Positions 63,999 to 64,000 of a stretch of 64,000 nucleotides of DNA are shown in pieces (the first letter of the stretch is position 1; the number at the start of each line of letters is the position of its first letter). A program made the translations under genes and the position numbers. The stretch lies in assembly GCA_050011565.1 (NCBI GenBank), contig JBEKIW010000002.1, positions 192,001 through 256,000 of the forward strand, given 5' to 3'. The notes beneath the pieces were generated by a model, which did no database searches, had not been told where the DNA came from, and saw only the letters and a list, made by a program, of their open reading frames with translations. The DNA comes from Dehalococcoidia bacterium. Its GTDB lineage: Bacteria > Chloroflexota > Dehalococcoidia > GIF9 > UBA5629.

Positions 63999-64000
63999 CT

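Noticed and set aside
1-64000. CRISPR array, cas genes, rRNA, intact transposase or prophage genes
   Set aside because: No regularly spaced repeat-spacer array and no recognisable motifs for these were seen

Overview
A 64-kb chromosomal segment of an anaerobic bacterium; gene content and style suggest class Dehalococcoidia (Chloroflexota), which is an inference. The left ~10 kb is an accessory/stress region ending at a tRNA-Met(CAT). It holds REP-like palindromes, two paralogous 52-aa lmo0937-type membrane peptides, YihY, a peroxiredoxin with an in-frame UGA at the catalytic Cys (predicted selenoprotein), surface lipoproteins, rubrerythrin and CsbD. It also holds a stack of tyrosine-integrase gene remnants (one N-terminus, three C-termini) interleaved with cargo genes. 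Next come glpD-glpK with lipid hydrolases, a 6S-like RNA, an HD-GYP protein, a Moco/tungsten-cofactor riboswitch before tupABC, hypA, plsX, a non-AdhE ALDH-ADH fusion, plsY/degV, hypFCDE and a PAS-GGDEF protein. A Tat-less group-1a-like [NiFe]-hydrogenase follows, in one run with metV-metF. After that are thyA, biotin carboxylase, dCMP deaminase, pcrA, mutL and cooC. The right end is an archaeal-type CODH/ACS operon (cdhA-DUF166-cdhB-cdhC-acsC) running directly into HydC/HydB (NuoE/NuoF-like) genes. The strongest candidates for undescribed systems are the hydrogenase-MetVF module, the CODH/ACS-HydBC module, the integrase-remnant cassette stack and the ALDH-ADH fusion. All assignments come from reading motifs by eye; no database searches were run.
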